NCBI GenBank assembly: GCA_030390025.1
Contig: CM059434.1
Location: 15,438,001-15,502,000 of the forward strand
DNA: 64,000 nucleotides
Reading direction: 5' to 3'
Source of the DNA: Squalus acanthias
Taxonomy: Eukaryota
Positions 61,306-64,000 of the stretch are shown piece after piece. Numbering within the stretch: the stretch's first letter is position 1; each line of letters begins with the position of its first letter. A model generated the notes under the pieces. The model was not told the origin of the DNA. It saw only the letters and a list, made by a program, of their open reading frames with translations, and did no database searches. The position numbers were made by a program, and so were the translations under genes.

Positions 61306-61665
61306 TGTACACAAAAAAAGCCGATTGTGTGAGGCTCTCGTTCTCCTGGAACGAGAGGATGAAACTTATCAGATCAGCTGCTGTTGTGCCAAGGTTAGAT
61401 TATTGATTACAAGTTGTCACAGCACTCCTGACTCGCGATTTCATCCCATTGTAATGCACCAAAGTCATTCTTGGCGAATGGAGAGGCGTCTAGAATGTCC
61501 ACTCCCAACCAAGAAGCATTCAATTCCTTTGGCACCTTGTTACCACTCACGGGACCAATTTATAGCTTTCAGTTTTTGTTTTTCCCCTGTGATTTTTCTC
61601 CCAGTTCTGCTTTCCTAAAGGCTGTGACTTGGGATGCCAACGTTGGTTGGATGTATTCCTGGAAG

Positions 61666-61760
61666 TTTGATCATGTGATATTTGCTCACCTGATATTTCA
61701 ACACGTGACATATGGTCACGTGAGGTTTGACCATGCGACATTTGATCACGTGCCATTTGG
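61666..61760. repeat. 6 x 15-bp tandem repeat with E-box cores
   Basis: tttgatcatgtgata / tttgctcacctgata / tttcaacacgtgaca / tatggtcacgtgagg / tttgaccatgcgaca / tttgatcacgtgcca. Confidence 0.85.
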
Positions 61761-61904
61761 GATGGGAGGCAAAGAGAATGAGAGACCAAACCTTTATGAC
61801 TTGGAGTTTGATGGAGAAAAGCCACAAACACTGGAGTAAGAACAGGAGCCTGAAAATTGCTGCTGTTTCAAAAGATTCAGTAATAAAAATATTATTCTGT
61901 ACCA

Positions 61905-62335
61905 GGACACACTCCGTCTGGGTCAGAAGGTTGTGGGTTCAAGTCCCACTCCAGGGACTTGAGCACATAAAGCTAGGCTGACACTCCAGTGCAGTGCTGA
62001 GGGAGCGCTACACTGTCGGAGGCGCCATCTTTCGGATGAGACGTTAAACCGTCTGCTCTCTCAGGTGGACGTAAAAGATCCCATGGCACTATTTCGAAGA
62101 AGAGCAGGGGAGTTCTCCCCGGTGTCCTGGCCGATATTTATCCCTCAATCAACATAACAAAAAAAACAGATTATCTGGTCATTATCACATTGCTGTTGGT
62201 GGGAGCTTGCTGTGCGCAGATTGGCTGCCACCTTCCCTACATTGCGACAGTGACTACACTCCAAAAGTACTTCATCAGCTGTAAAGCGCTTTGTGGTCGT
62301 GAAAGGCGCTATATAAATGCAAGTCTTTCTTTTTT
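61905..62335 (+). mobile_element. SacSINE1-like DeuSINE
   Basis: B box, Deu domain, tail. Confidence 0.9.
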
Positions 62336-62672
62336 CTCCTCTTCCCTTCTCAGGGAATGATTCTCAGCTACGCCTGCGTATTGAACTCCACCAATAGAGA
62401 TAGGGCGTATTCTGCTGTGCAGGGCAGCCTGGGCACAGCACATCTCCATTGAAAGGGGAAATGTGCAGAATGCAAAAATGAGTTGGCCGGGTTCAGTCTA
62501 GGGAATGGAGAGAAGCACATCGGGAAAAAGGGGTGCGGGCTGAGTGATAATGTATTAAGAAAATGATTCCTGAGAGCCCGGGACCTCAGCCGATACTTTA
62601 GTAAGCTTAAGAAAATGATTGTTTTTAACATTGAAATAGTGATTCATTCTGTTGTATTTTAACTATAACTGA

Positions 62673-62871
62673 TGCGGAGATGCTGGTGTTGGACTGGGGT
62701 GGACAAAAGTGAGAAGTCGCACAACACCAGGTTATAGTCCAACAGTTTTATTTGAAATCACAAGCTTTCGGAGCGCTGCTCCTTCGTCAGGTGATGAAGG
62801 GGCAGCAGCTCCGAAAGCTTGTGATTTCAAATAAAGCTGTTGGACTATAACCTGGTGTTGTGCGACTTCTC
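62673..62871. mobile_element. Penelope-derived inverted-pLTR insertion; hammerhead on minus strand at 62758-62794
   Basis: 12-bp TSD aactataactga (62661-62672, 62872-62883). Inverted arms join inside the hammerhead core. Confidence 0.85.
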
Positions 62872-63299
62872 AACTATAACTGAAACGTTGGATTTACAAT
62901 AATGAACTGATATTCAGGGCTAAACTGACCCGGGCCTCCTGGACCAGTGGGTCTTTTCTAGTCTGTCATTGTGTGTTTATATGATTGGATGATTCCCCCC
63001 CCCGACCTAGCAGAAATCCCAACATGTTTCACCTTCCCTGCAGCCAGGGGAAAGCATGTTTGCATGGTGCAGGAGTGCTGATATGGAAGCGGGAACCTAA
63101 TCGATTGTTGTTAGGAAAGGGACTCCAGACAAATTGCCAGCGTTTTTATTTCTACTCATTTGACTCTTCGGCCGAAATGGCCAACGCCCTCTGGAGAGAA
63201 CGGCAAGGTGCTGCTGTGATGTTGCTGATCCCGTGGGGTGGACCCTCCAGGGATAACTATAAATAGTTCAGGCGCCAGCTCCTTTACGGAAATGACACT

Positions 63300-63806
63300 G
63301 AAAGAAAGACTTGTATTTATATAGCGACTTTCACTACCTCAGGATGGCCCAAAGCGCTTTACAGCCAATGAAATACTTTTGAAGTGCAGTACTGCTGTAA
63401 TGAAAGAAACACAGCAGCAGCCAACTTGTGCACAGCAACCTCCCACAAACGGCAATCAGATAATGACGAGATAATCTGTTTTTTTTTAAGTGATGCAGAG
63501 ATAAATATTGGCCAGGACACCAGGGGTGGGGGGGGGGAGAGGGGGGGGTGGTGGTGCAGGAGGTGGGTGTGGACAAACTCCCCGGCTCTTCTTCAACTAG
63601 TGCCATGGGAACTTTTATGCCCACCTGAGAGGGCAGGCAGGGCCTCGGTTTAACTTCTCATCCGAAAGACGCCACCTCCAATAGTGAAGCACTCCTTCTG
63701 TACTGCACTGAAGTGTCAGTCTAGACTATGTGCTCTGAAGTGGGGCTGTGAACCCACAATCTTCAGACTCAGAGGTGAGAGTGCTACCAACTGATCCATG
63801 GCTGAC
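63300..63806 (-). mobile_element. SacSINE1-like DeuSINE
   Basis: Reverse-complement tail aaagaaagacttgtatttatatagcg through to the head. Confidence 0.85.
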
Positions 63807-64000
63807 CCTGTTCCCCAGATAAGGCCAGACAGGTGGCTGGTAGTTCTACCCCATTGCACGTCCAGTGGCTGAGCCAGGCTCCAGGAATTTCAGAGCAAGG
63901 TGTCTCTACGTTGAGAGTGCCTCTGTTTAAATTCTGGCAAAATTACTCGATTACTGGCCGACGGGGAGAGAGTGGGGCAGTGGGATTCGTTTTGGATTGC

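Overview
Eukaryotic, repeat-rich vertebrate genomic DNA. The repeat complement (HE1 V-SINE, SacSINE1-like DeuSINEs, CR1, L2, Penelope, Harbinger) points to a cartilaginous fish, most likely a shark. One protein-coding gene can be rebuilt by hand: a six-exon BAX-family gene on the + strand (CDS 29410-45057, 618 nt, 205 aa, all introns GT-AG, phases 1/2/2/0/0 as in human BAX), with a CCAAT/GC-box promoter and a poly(A) signal. Most of the rest is nested transposable elements, and most ORFs in the supplied track are TE fragments or spurious. Most interesting observations: (1) short Penelope-derived insertions with clean TSDs that carry minimal type I hammerhead ribozyme motifs and are repeatedly truncated or inverted at the ribozyme; (2) three related palindrome-array elements in BAX introns whose hairpins show compensatory substitutions and which supply cryptic splice sites; (3) an inverted duplication carrying a CTCF-like motif on each side of BAX; (4) Val at the BAX Ser184-equivalent position and a duplicated, out-of-frame start codon. 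All calls come from manual reading. No database searches were run, and TE boundaries are approximate unless a TSD is given.
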